From the NCBI GenBank assembly GCA_964645545.1, contig CAZXZR010000001.1, positions 27,526 through 91,525 of the forward strand: a stretch of 64,000 bases of DNA, given 5' to 3'. The DNA comes from an uncultured Gammaproteobacteria bacterium. Lineage in GTDB: Bacteria > Patescibacteriota > Patescibacteriia > Patescibacteriales > UBA12465. Of the stretch, positions 1 to 8,835 are shown piece after piece. The notes beneath the pieces were generated by a model. The model was not told the DNA's origin and ran no database searches. It was given only the letters and a program-made list of their open reading frames with translations. Positions within the stretch are counted from its first letter, which is position 1. Every line of letters starts with the position of its first letter. A program made the position numbers and the translations under genes.

Positions 1-589
1 TCAGCAAAGTAAAAATTATCTCTTGGAAGAGACGCGTTCTTCAGAAAAACAATTCCAGTCACTCTTGCAGCAGGCGGCCAGGGAACAGCAACAGGCGGAA
101 GCGGACATCGCCGCCACCGAACAATTATTGCGCCAGAAAATGTCGCAGAAAGATCAGAATCTTCTCAATAGCGGCAACAATACCATTGCCTGGCCGGTAC
201 CGAGAAACGTTATTGTCTGCGGCTTCCATGATCCGGATTATCCTTACCGCAACATTATCGGCGAACACCCAGCCGTAGACATCCGGGCCAAACAGGGAAC
301 TACTATTACTGCCGCCGCTGACGGCTATGTAGCTAAAGTTAAATTTGACGGCACGAAAAATTACGCCTACATTATGCTTATCCACGGCAACGGCCTGGCC
401 ACGGTTTACGGCCATGTTTCCGCCGTCTTTGTAAAAACGGACCAATACGTTACCCAAGGCCAACCCATAGGTAAAACCGGCGGCATTCCCGCTTCTATTG
501 GCGCCGGGCTCTTTTCCACCGGCCCGCATTTGCATTTCGAAGTCCGCCTGAACGGCCTGCCGGTCAATCCGCTCAATTATTTACCTTAA
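1..589 (+). CDS. Peptidase M23 (LytM-type) family protein. The 5' end is partial: the ORF is open to the window start and the annotated start is a TTG.
   Basis: C-terminal M23 signature (HPAVDIRAKQGT, AADGYV, HGNGLATVYGH, GPHLHFEVR). There is no in-frame stop upstream of position 23. Confidence 0.8.
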   Translation, partial: QQSKNYLLEETRSSEKQFQSLLQQAAREQQQAEADIAATEQLLRQKMSQKDQNLLNSGNNTIAWPVPRNVIVCGFHDPDYPYRNIIGEHPAVDIRAKQGTTITAAADGYVAKVKFDGTKNYAYIMLIHGNGLATVYGHVSAVFVKTDQYVTQGQPIGKTGGIPASIGAGLFSTGPHLHFEVRLNGLPVNPLNYLP

Positions 590-648
590 GATATGGGAAA
601 ATATTTTTTTAATCATTAAGTTCATTAAAAAATCCGGAGGGTAGAGCC

Positions 649-825
649 ATGAAAAAGTTAGTAAACGCCGTTAAACGCCATGTTAGGGACTGGATTCGAC
701 GCTTTAAGAGTCCTTATCTCCAACTAGGGTTCGGTTTTCGGGGCTTGTGGTTTATATTCATTTTAGAGCTTATCTTGCTAATAGATGCCCTGAACAAGTC
801 GCCGCATTTTTACTTTTGGTGGTAA
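649..825 (+). CDS. Hypothetical small (58 aa) protein with a hydrophobic C-terminal half.
   Basis: ATG preceded by GGAGGG at -8. The reading frame is absent from the ORF track because it is under 60 aa. An intrinsic terminator follows. Confidence 0.4.
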   Translation: MKKLVNAVKRHVRDWIRRFKSPYLQLGFGFRGLWFIFILELILLIDALNKSPHFYFWW

Positions 826-832
826 AGAGATT

Positions 833-864
833 AAAAAAAACCTGAAAAATATTCAGGTTTTTTT
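833..864. terminator. Bidirectional rho-independent terminator, between the small ORF (+) and xerC (-).
   Basis: A-run, then CCTGAA-aaata-TTCAGG hairpin, then T-run. Confidence 0.7.
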
Positions 865-890
865 ACTTATTATTAGCTAAATATTAATAA

Positions 891-1841
891 TCATTCCTTC
901 AAAGGATGGAATTTCTGCTGGGTTTTCCGGGCGTAAAGATCGGAGGCGTGGACGTAACGGGTAGTCGTATCCAAAGACTCGTGGCCCAAGAGTACCTGAA
1001 TGGCGGCCGGATTGGCGCCGGCCTCGGCCAAATAGGTGGCGAAACCGTGGCGCAAGGAATGGGCGGAAACGGGAACATTAATGCCTAAAAGCTCGCGGTA
1101 ACGCTTTATTTTCGCCTGCAAATAATTAGGCGAAATTTTTTTATTCCGGGCCTGCGGGGAATTAAGGCCGCGATAGGGAACAAAGGCGAAAGGGGAGTCA
1201 TCCGCGCGGCCGTCCAGATAGGCGTTCAGGATCTTGAAGGCCCGCGGGGTCAGATAGACGAAGCGCTCTTTCTTGCCCTTGCCGAGGATGAAGATGCGCC
1301 CGCCCTTGTCAATCCGATCCATTTTCAAATTCACCAGTTCGGAAATTCTCATGCCCGTGGAAAACAGGACTTCCAGCATGGCCCGGTTCCTTAGGGCCAC
1401 GCGTCTGTCTTTTTCTATTTTGGAAGGGAACTCGATAAGCTTTATCAACTCGCCCAACTCCGCCACCTGCGGCTTTTTCTTAATGGTTTTAATCATCTTA
1501 ATCACGTCCGGTGGGAGCGGGGCAGGGTAATCCATTTCAATCAAGTACTTGAAATAGCTCCGCAGGACCGAAAGCATGCGGTTGATGGAATAGGCGTTCA
1601 AGCGTTTAAGGCCCGGGTGCCGGGCGGCCGTCTGGCGGTCAATGGAGGTCAAAAAGGCTTTATAGTGCAAAATGTCGCGTTTATTCAGGCGGCTAAAGGT
1701 AATTTTGACCTCGCCTAAAAAGTCGGCGAAGACTTTGAGATCGCGTTCATAATTATAAATTGTTTCCGGTGAATAATTATTAACCTTTAAATTCAAGAGG
1801 AAATCTTCTGAGAGGGGCAGGGACGGGGCTTGAGAAGGCAT
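891..1841 (-). CDS. xerC: Tyrosine site-specific recombinase, XerC/XerD family.
   Basis: C-terminal catalytic region HSLRHGFATYLAEAGANPAAIQVLLGHESLDTTTRYVH. N-terminal SAM-like core-binding domain. Ends in TGA. Confidence 0.8.
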   Translation of the reverse strand: MPSQAPSLPLSEDFLLNLKVNNYSPETIYNYERDLKVFADFLGEVKITFSRLNKRDILHYKAFLTSIDRQTAARHPGLKRLNAYSINRMLSVLRSYFKYLIEMDYPAPLPPDVIKMIKTIKKKPQVAELGELIKLIEFPSKIEKDRRVALRNRAMLEVLFSTGMRISELVNLKMDRIDKGGRIFILGKGKKERFVYLTPRAFKILNAYLDGRADDSPFAFVPYRGLNSPQARNKKISPNYLQAKIKRYRELLGINVPVSAHSLRHGFATYLAEAGANPAAIQVLLGHESLDTTTRYVHASDLYARKTQQKFHPLKE

Positions 1842-1902
1842 AAATTTATTATTCCGCCCTGAAAAGGCTTTGGTTATAAGTGAGTATAATATCTCTTACA
1901 CT

Positions 1903-1917
1903 CCATTATAACACACC
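1903..1917 (-). promoter_or_regulatory. Extended -10 element (TGtTATAAT on the minus strand) upstream of xerC.
   Basis: The reverse complement reads GGTGTGTTATAATGG about 60 nt upstream of the xerC ATG. Confidence 0.35.
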
Positions 1918-2185
1918 TAAAAAGCCTGTCAAACCCCTTTAATGAAAAAGGAGCGTCTTTTAGGACGCTCCCCGGACTACTCCTTCCTTTAAAAAATAAG
2001 GTTTGAAAATATAACAGCTCTGATCAAGCGCCCCAGAGGCTCAACTCGCTTAACGCTACGGTTTTTCGCCTTCCTTCCCGCGTAATCGTCACCCGCTTGT
2101 CCGGGCGGCACTGCCGCAGGTCGTAAAACAAGCTGGACCTAAGCGTCAAATTTATTATACTCCAGGGTTCACCGTTAAACGTAAC

Positions 2186-2215
2186 TAAGATGTTATTGAC
2201 TAAGATGTTATTGTT
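2186..2215. repeat. Tandem 15-bp direct repeat (TAAGATGTTATTGAC / TAAGATGTTATTGTT) in the 460-bp non-coding gap beside xerC.
   Basis: Seen directly. The gap also contains a GAGCGTC-ttttag-GACGCTC hairpin at about 1951-1970. Confidence 0.5.
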
Positions 2216-2305
2216 CCTCCTTCCTTTTTTAAAGTTAAAAATTGTTTAAAAAGAACGGCTCGGCCCGTGATAAGTTCCTCCTTTCCTTGAGGCCGAAAAT
2301 TAAAC

Positions 2306-2448
2306 TTAGCTGATAACCAGGCCCATGATATGGACTTGGGGATAGAACAAAATGATTATCTTTATAATGACCAGGAATAGGCCGATGACGACCAGGCAAA
2401 AGACGATAATCGCCAGGAAGAAAAGGAATTTGAAAAAGCCCTCCATAT
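2306..2448 (-). CDS. Possible small hydrophobic membrane peptide (46 aa, MEGFFKFLFFLAIIVFCLVVIGLFLVIIKIIILFYPQVHIMGLVIS), downstream of ftsQ.
   Basis: ATG-to-TAA frame found by manual translation. Strongly hydrophobic. Only 19 nt separate it from the ftsQ stop on the same strand. Confidence 0.3.
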
Positions 2449-2467
2449 AATTTTAATGATTAAAGCG

Positions 2468-3325
2468 CTAAGGATTGAGCTGGAAAAATACACGGCTGCC
2501 GTAACGCAGGTCGATGTAATTGGTCCTGCTGAAATTATCCTTTATTTTTTCCCTTTTGACAAGGAGGAGATTGTCAAGCTGGCTGGCGGCATCGTCTTGG
2601 CTGTTGAAATAGACCAAGGGACCGCCATTGAATTTGACCTTGACAGCGTTGAATTCCTGGTCGATGAAAAAACGGTCCACGCTCAGTTCCGGATAAGCGC
2701 CCAACCGGTCGTAAAGGCCTAAAATAAAAGCCAGATAATCGCCGTTAAGCTCTAATTTATTCCTCTCACCGATTAAATTAAGGCCGTTTTGATTCTCCAA
2801 AAGCAGATATTTCCTGTCGGGACTAGTGGTCGCTACCGTTGCCTCGAGAATGAGATAGCCGTCACCACTGGCGTAATAAAGATCGCTTCCCTGCTGAAAA
2901 ATGAAAGCGTAGGGCTTTTCGCTGATTTCCACTTCTAGGCTGCGCGGCAGTTTTTTCCTGATTTCCAACTGAGAAAAATTATATTGGTCGAGGATATTGT
3001 TTTGGGCGGCTTCTTTATCAAATAAAAAGATATTGTTTTGCTTAAACAACCAATAACGCCGGCTTTGGCTCTGTTGCCAAATCAAATTCTCTATTTCCAT
3101 CGGCGCCAAGCGTGTTAAACCCTTGATATTAACGGTTTCTAAACGCCAAACCGGCGAAGCCAAAAAAAACCAAAGCAGAACGCCTAAAACTAAAATAATC
3201 ACCAAGGCTAACCATTTAAACCAACGCCGGCTCTTCCCTGCTCTTCGCCGGCCGAAAAAAGGATTGGGCGAATTGCGGCGCTGGTAATCCCGTTTGACTC
3301 TTTTTGAATAAAGATAAAGAGCCAT
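2468..3325 (-). CDS. ftsQ: Cell division protein FtsQ/DivIB-like (POTRA domain).
   Basis: Basic cytoplasmic N-terminus, one TM segment, POTRA-like VNIKGLTRLAPMEIENLI. Adjacent to alr. Confidence 0.65.
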   Translation of the reverse strand: MALYLYSKRVKRDYQRRNSPNPFFGRRRAGKSRRWFKWLALVIILVLGVLLWFFLASPVWRLETVNIKGLTRLAPMEIENLIWQQSQSRRYWLFKQNNIFLFDKEAAQNNILDQYNFSQLEIRKKLPRSLEVEISEKPYAFIFQQGSDLYYASGDGYLILEATVATTSPDRKYLLLENQNGLNLIGERNKLELNGDYLAFILGLYDRLGAYPELSVDRFFIDQEFNAVKVKFNGGPLVYFNSQDDAASQLDNLLLVKREKIKDNFSRTNYIDLRYGSRVFFQLNP

Positions 3326-3347
3326 TTTTATTTAATATTAGGTAATT

Positions 3348-4481
3348 TTATACTATCTCTCGTCTAATGTTAGCTTGAAATCTGATTAAAAACTCATAGG
3401 GAATCATGCCTATTTCCGCGGTCAAATTAAGCACGGAATTAACTTGCTCGTTTTGCGCGGAAATTAATTGGACGCTATCTCCGACTTTAGCCGACTGCCA
3501 ATTTAAATCCAAGCAAGTCAGATTCATGCAAATATTGCCGGCCACCCGCGCCCAGAAATCGCCGCCTTGAGCGCGCACCAAGAACTCGGCCCGGTTGGAC
3601 AAACGGCGATCTAAGCCCTCAAAATAGCCGAAAGGAATAACGGCGACGCGCGTCGGTTTTAGAGCGCGATAACCTTCATTATAGGAAACCACTTCCCCGG
3701 CGACCAATTCCTGCAGGCCGACGATATGGGAATAAATTTCCAAAGCCGGCTTCAAGGGCCGATCTTCACTGGCCTTGCCAAAGGGATCATAGCCGTAAAG
3801 AGCCAAACCGGGCCGATAAGCGGTAAAAAGTTTGTTTTTTAAAACAAAGAGGGCGGCAGAATTGCCCAAATGCACCCAGCGCGGGAGAAAACCGGCCGTT
3901 CTTAAGGCGTCCAGAGCCACCAAAAAATTGTTTTCCTGCAATTGGTTGAGAACGAAATTATCCTCGGCGGCGGCCAAATGCGAACACAGGCCGACCACGT
4001 CCAAACGCTTCAAATAGCGCCGGTTGACGGCGATGAAGGCAGCCATATCTTTAATGCCTTCACGGTTCATGCCGGAATTGGCGAAAAGATGGACTTTGGC
4101 GCGTTTGCCAAAACGGGACAAGTGCTTTAAAGTTTCCTCGTTATAGACGACGAATTCCGTCCTTTTAAAACGGCAATAATGATAAGCCCTTAAAGGCATT
4201 TCGCCCAAAATCAAAACCTTGCGCTTAAAATAGTGATAGACAATCTGCGCCTCCGGAAAAGAGTCCACCACCACTAAAGGAGCGTCGGTATGGTTTAAAA
4301 TCAAACAAAGCTCCTTAAGCCCGTGCCCATAAGCGTTGGCTTTTAAAACCGGGAAAATCTCGGCCGTTGGCTGCAGACTCTTTAAATAATTGTAATTGGC
4401 GATGACATTAGCCGCCTTAATTTCAATTTTATTCAGACTGGCGTATTTCGGTTTTATTAATTGGCGCAAAAAATTAAGCAT
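3348..4481 (-). CDS. alr: Alanine racemase.
   Basis: PLP-lysine motif VLKANAYGHG. Family-length protein. Confidence 0.85.
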   Translation of the reverse strand: MLNFLRQLIKPKYASLNKIEIKAANVIANYNYLKSLQPTAEIFPVLKANAYGHGLKELCLILNHTDAPLVVVDSFPEAQIVYHYFKRKVLILGEMPLRAYHYCRFKRTEFVVYNEETLKHLSRFGKRAKVHLFANSGMNREGIKDMAAFIAVNRRYLKRLDVVGLCSHLAAAEDNFVLNQLQENNFLVALDALRTAGFLPRWVHLGNSAALFVLKNKLFTAYRPGLALYGYDPFGKASEDRPLKPALEIYSHIVGLQELVAGEVVSYNEGYRALKPTRVAVIPFGYFEGLDRRLSNRAEFLVRAQGGDFWARVAGNICMNLTCLDLNWQSAKVGDSVQLISAQNEQVNSVLNLTAEIGMIPYEFLIRFQANIRREIV

Positions 4482-4493
4482 ACAATTTAGCCT

Positions 4494-5543
4494 TTACTCG
4501 CCGACCTGGCCCTGGCCGCGATTAATGCGGTCCGCGTCCAAATTAGTCGTCGGGTTAGCCAGTTCGTCTTCGCTCAATTCACCGCTTAAAGCGTCTTTGG
4601 TTGAGTATTTCGTGTCCGTTAACAAGGGCAAGACTCGGCCGACTTGACTTTTCGTGGGCACTAATTGGATCTCAAAACCGGCGCGGTAATTATCGCCGCC
4701 TTCATTAATCGTCGGCACTTGCCAGATTAATTGGCGCGAAACGGCATTATAGTTAAAAGTGCCGGCCAAAAGCGAGCGTTTACCCGTCAATTCCACGCTC
4801 ACGGGCAATTTGGCGCTCATGACAAAATCCTTAAAATCACCGCTGCTTTTTGCTTCCCAAAAAACCCAGTAATTAGTGGGCAAGCCGACTTCGGGCGGCA
4901 GGGGGCCGGCGCCTAATTGGTCGCCTTGCGGACTGTTATAAAAAAGGCTGGCGGTAACTTCTAAAGTTGCCGCTGTTTGTAGGGTCGGCAAGACCACGGT
5001 TTGCTTCAAAAGCTGGCCGGAAAACATGTATTCCACTTGCGCTTGCCAATTAAGGGCGCGCGCTTCTTTATTGAGCTGGGAAAAATAGACTTTAAAGGCT
5101 ACTTCCCCGCTGCTTCCGGCCGCGATCGGCGGTAAAAGCAGCGTCTGGCCGTTCAGAGAAGCGGTCGTCTTAGCGTCCAACTCCACCTGGCTAAGGGAAA
5201 AATTATTGTCGCTAAGAATGATATTAATTTTGGCCTTAGCCACCGGCCGCTCACCGGCGTTCTTAAAATTTATTTTCACGCTCATCGGCGCCTCGGGCTT
5301 GGCTGTCAAACTGCCTAAAGTGAAATTCAATTGCAAGGGCGGGTTATTCAAATCCACGACCGGCTTTTGACTGGGGCTAAAAAGGTCGCCCAAACCCGGC
5401 CGGTAAGCCCAAAGACCGATTATTACCGCCAAAAGAATAACGATGACTAGCGTCAAGGACAAGTCCAAAACCAAATGCCAGTGGCTTTTCCAGTAAAAGC
5501 GTTCACGTCGGCGTCGCCAGCAGCGACGAATAGCATTAAACAT
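4494..5543 (-). CDS. Membrane-anchored surface protein (paralog A). Its C-terminal domain is homologous to the C-terminus of the 47611..49608 protein.
   Basis: N-terminal TM segment. Segment GAGPLPPEVG...YWVFWEAK...LIWQVPTI... aligns with GSGPLPPAVG...FRVYWTVK...VVWNIGRL... of the other gene. Confidence 0.6.
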   Translation of the reverse strand: MFNAIRRCWRRRRERFYWKSHWHLVLDLSLTLVIVILLAVIIGLWAYRPGLGDLFSPSQKPVVDLNNPPLQLNFTLGSLTAKPEAPMSVKINFKNAGERPVAKAKINIILSDNNFSLSQVELDAKTTASLNGQTLLLPPIAAGSSGEVAFKVYFSQLNKEARALNWQAQVEYMFSGQLLKQTVVLPTLQTAATLEVTASLFYNSPQGDQLGAGPLPPEVGLPTNYWVFWEAKSSGDFKDFVMSAKLPVSVELTGKRSLLAGTFNYNAVSRQLIWQVPTINEGGDNYRAGFEIQLVPTKSQVGRVLPLLTDTKYSTKDALSGELSEDELANPTTNLDADRINRGQGQVGE

Positions 5544-5565
5544 ATGTTTATAATTAAATTTTATT

Positions 5566-7578
5566 TCAATAGAAATTCTTCAAACCGACCAAGATTTCCT
5601 CGTGGCCATCCGCGTTCATGTCCGCCGCCGTAACCTTAATGCCGCCGTGATAACTCTTATCATAGGCGAAAAAACTGCCTAAAACCCGACCCGCGGCGTC
5701 AAAAACACGCACTTGCGGTCCACCGCCCCGTCCCGGGCCGGTAATGATTTCATCTTGCCCATTGCCATTAAGGTCGCCCACCGTGACGTTAACTCCGCCT
5801 TTAAAATCCTGGCCGTAGGCGAGAAAACTAGTTTTTAAACGGCCGGCTAAAGAGAAAATTTTTATCATAGGTTCTTGGCCGGCGCCCGGAGCGGTAATGA
5901 TTTCGTTTTGACCGTCGCCGTCCACGTCACCTAAAGCGACGCTGACGCCGCCGCGCGAATTTTTGTCATAAGCGAAAAAAGTGCCGCGCCAACGGCCGTC
6001 GGGCGTAAAAATCATCACCTGCGGCCCACCGCCGGCCGAGGGGCCGACGATTATTTGGCGGAAATAACCGTCCTTAGCGGCGGCGGCGATATGCAAAGGA
6101 CCGGAAAACAAAGGGCCATAGGGCTTGAAATCAGAAACTAGTTGATCGTTTCTGTATAAACTTAAATGGCCGTTAGCAACAACTAAATTCACACTGTCGC
6201 CGTTAGCTAAAGTCGTGGAAATCAATTCCGCTTCCCCGGGAAAAGCGCTTAAATAGGAGAAAAAACCATTGGTCGTCTGCTGGCCGTTTAAGGAAAAAAC
6301 GCGGAAAAAATAACCGTTAGTAAAAGCGCTTTCTTTAATTACGGTATTCTTTTTTAACAAGACTACCCCGTCTTGAGGCACCAATTTAACGTAATTGACC
6401 GTTTCGCCGTTGTTAATGCTCGGCGCTTGCTCACCCTTGATTTTTTCCAGCTCTTCTTTATTAAAAATATAGCGTTGTTCCTGATTGGTGGTATTGACAA
6501 GGACAAGGCCGTTTTTAAAATCGCGCCGCCATAAACCGTCGCTAATCGTCTGACTGTTATTAGCCAAGAGATTATAGGCACGGGATGCGGCCAAACCGAG
6601 ATTAACGCTATATTCATCATACCACCACAATTGGCCGTGGTTAGTGATGTCGTAATCAAAACTGAAAAAACCGTCGCCCAAAAGAGCGCTCGTCAGGCCG
6701 AAACGTAAGTGCTGGTAATCGGCTTGATTTTTATCCAGGGCGTTGATAATTGAAGTTGGCGGATAACGATTTAAGTTCGGCAGGTTAAGATAAGTCGTCA
6801 TGGAACTGGTCCAAGTGCCGCCATTTTCCCAGCGGGAAGGAAAATTCTCCAGCATCATGCCGTTCATTAAATCCTGATAGCCGTTATAAACGCGGCCGTT
6901 GCCGACAATGAGAAAATCGTTGCCGACCAAACTTCTGGTTTTACTAAGCATTTTTCTGACGCCAGCAGACCATAAACGGTCAATTTCAGCGGCGCTTTCC
7001 GCCCGGCCGTCGTTATTCAAATCCAAATTGCCGTTATTTACCCAGCTGATATCGCCCCAAATATTATCCAAAAACACGCCGTCCCAAAGCCCGCTTCCCT
7101 TTATTTTCTCGGCGATAAATTCGGGCAAATAATCGTTAAAACGCTGGCCGCGATAATCCAAACTGGCGTCGTCGGTCAAATTTAATAAGGAAGTATAGAG
7201 CCAATTGGAAACTTTATGGCCGTTTTTGTCCTTCAGGTACCAGCCGTCAATTATCTGACTGGCCAAGCTTTGACGCAAATAAGCGCTATTATAGTCATTA
7301 ACGTCGTCTAAAATTTCCTGCGCCGTTAAATAGGCTAAAATAATGACTTGAGGATTGAGCTGACGGATTTTTAAAAGCTGCGGCCGACTATTTTCGGCCA
7401 CCTCCATGTCCAAGACCAATAAATCCCACTGCGCCAATTCTTTCGCTTCTTGATCAGTTATTTCCCATTTTAAAAAATAATTAGCCAAACGCGGATAGCC
7501 GGTCTTTAAAACCGCCGCCCGAAGGCCGAGCGGCCACAACAGAAACATAATTAGAAACAAAGACCAAAAACGCTTCAT
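5566..7578 (-). CDS. Secreted protein with a TIM-barrel glycoside-hydrolase-like N-terminal domain and C-terminal FG-GAP/VCBS-type repeats.
   Basis: Signal peptide. Repeats DVDGDGQNEIITAPG, DLNGNGQDEIITGPG and DMNADGHEEILVG. The start ATG overlaps the serS stop (ATGA). Confidence 0.6.
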   Translation of the reverse strand: MKRFWSLFLIMFLLWPLGLRAAVLKTGYPRLANYFLKWEITDQEAKELAQWDLLVLDMEVAENSRPQLLKIRQLNPQVIILAYLTAQEILDDVNDYNSAYLRQSLASQIIDGWYLKDKNGHKVSNWLYTSLLNLTDDASLDYRGQRFNDYLPEFIAEKIKGSGLWDGVFLDNIWGDISWVNNGNLDLNNDGRAESAAEIDRLWSAGVRKMLSKTRSLVGNDFLIVGNGRVYNGYQDLMNGMMLENFPSRWENGGTWTSSMTTYLNLPNLNRYPPTSIINALDKNQADYQHLRFGLTSALLGDGFFSFDYDITNHGQLWWYDEYSVNLGLAASRAYNLLANNSQTISDGLWRRDFKNGLVLVNTTNQEQRYIFNKEELEKIKGEQAPSINNGETVNYVKLVPQDGVVLLKKNTVIKESAFTNGYFFRVFSLNGQQTTNGFFSYLSAFPGEAELISTTLANGDSVNLVVANGHLSLYRNDQLVSDFKPYGPLFSGPLHIAAAAKDGYFRQIIVGPSAGGGPQVMIFTPDGRWRGTFFAYDKNSRGGVSVALGDVDGDGQNEIITAPGAGQEPMIKIFSLAGRLKTSFLAYGQDFKGGVNVTVGDLNGNGQDEIITGPGRGGGPQVRVFDAAGRVLGSFFAYDKSYHGGIKVTAADMNADGHEEILVGLKNFY

Positions 7579-8828
7579 GCCGATTTTTTTATGATTTTTA
7601 ATTTTTTCGGCAAATAGGGCCGTAAAACCTTGGGAATTATAACCGAACCATCCGCTTGCTGGTTTTGTTCCAAAATCGCCGGCAAAAGGCGGCTAGTGGC
7701 CAAACCGGAGGCGTTAAGAGTATACACCAATTCGTTTTTGCCCTCCGGGCTTTTATAGCGAATTTGGCCGCGGCGCGCCTGGTAATCCAGAGCGTTGGAA
7801 ACGCTGCTGACTTCTTTATAAACATCCATACTGGGTATGAAGACTTCCAAATCGCAGGTTTTGGCCATGGCGGCGCTGGCGTCGCCGGCGGCCAATTTAC
7901 TCACTTGGTAATGCAAATCCAAACCCTTTAACAAGGCTTGGCTATGAACCATTAACTCGTCAAACATCGCCCAGCTGTCTTCCGGCCGGCAAAGAATAAA
8001 CATTTCTATTTTATTAAACTGATGACCCCTAATCATGCCCCGTTCTTCCTGTCTATAACCGCCGCCTTCGCGCCGAAAACAAGGGGAATAGGCGAAATAT
8101 TTCAAGGGCAGATCTTCGGCTTTTAAAATTTCCTCGCGATGATAATTGCCCAACATCATTTCAGCGGTGGCATTGAGGCAAAGAGAGTTTTGCGTCCAAA
8201 ACAAATCCTCGCGGAATTTGGGCAAATGGCCGGAGACATAAGCTGATTTTTCCGTCAGTAAAAAGGGCGGGATTAAAAATTGATAGCCCTGACGGCGGTG
8301 ATAGTCAATAAAATAAGATAAGAGCGCCCATTCCAAATGCGCCCCCAAACCGCGGTAGCACCAAAAACCGTTACCCGACATCTTCACGGCGCGCTCATAA
8401 TCAATCAGATCCAAACTAGCGGCCAATTCCAAATGATCCTTGGCCAGAAAACGAAAACGTGGCTTTAAGCCGTAAGTGTAAATCACCTCGTTATTCTCCT
8501 TGCCGCCAGCGACAACGTCTTCGGCCGGCAAATTCGGCAGAACCGCCAAACGAACGTTTAACTCGCTTTCTAAAGCCTCTAATTTAAAGTCCATCTTCTT
8601 TAATTTATCGCCCAAGGCTTTCATCTCAACGATCACGGCCGGCGTCGGCTTGGTTTTGGAAGCTAAGTTGCGCCGCGCCTGCGCTTCTTCCACTTGCGCT
8701 CTTAAGGCTCGCCTATCATTATCTAAACTGATAATCTCCGCCAAATTAAAATCCTTAGCCGGCAATCTTTTTAATAAAGCGGCCTGAACGCGCGCCGTGT
8801 CTTCGCGAATTAATTTTATGTCCAACAT
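7575..8828 (-). CDS. serS: Seryl-tRNA synthetase.
   Basis: N-terminal coiled-coil arm. Class II motifs (FRREGGGY, GLATSRLLPAILEQNQ). Ends in TGA. Confidence 0.88.
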   Translation of the reverse strand: MLDIKLIREDTARVQAALLKRLPAKDFNLAEIISLDNDRRALRAQVEEAQARRNLASKTKPTPAVIVEMKALGDKLKKMDFKLEALESELNVRLAVLPNLPAEDVVAGGKENNEVIYTYGLKPRFRFLAKDHLELAASLDLIDYERAVKMSGNGFWCYRGLGAHLEWALLSYFIDYHRRQGYQFLIPPFLLTEKSAYVSGHLPKFREDLFWTQNSLCLNATAEMMLGNYHREEILKAEDLPLKYFAYSPCFRREGGGYRQEERGMIRGHQFNKIEMFILCRPEDSWAMFDELMVHSQALLKGLDLHYQVSKLAAGDASAAMAKTCDLEVFIPSMDVYKEVSSVSNALDYQARRGQIRYKSPEGKNELVYTLNASGLATSRLLPAILEQNQQADGSVIIPKVLRPYLPKKLKIIKKSA

Positions 8829-8835
8829 AATTTAT

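Noticed and set aside
125-535. 136-aa minus-strand ORF inside the M23 peptidase gene
   Set aside because: It is entirely antisense to a well-supported CDS and has no motif; this is the typical shadow ORF of a GC-rich frame.
2000-2160. Possible SRP (4.5S) RNA on the minus strand, suggested by a GGGAAGGAAGG motif
   Set aside because: The flanks do not form the helix 8 tetraloop and symmetric loop arrangement; the resemblance is limited to a short purine run.
6363-6659. 98-aa minus-strand internal ORF within the FG-GAP protein gene (other frame)
   Set aside because: It lies inside a longer, better-supported ORF on the same strand and is frame-shifted relative to it.
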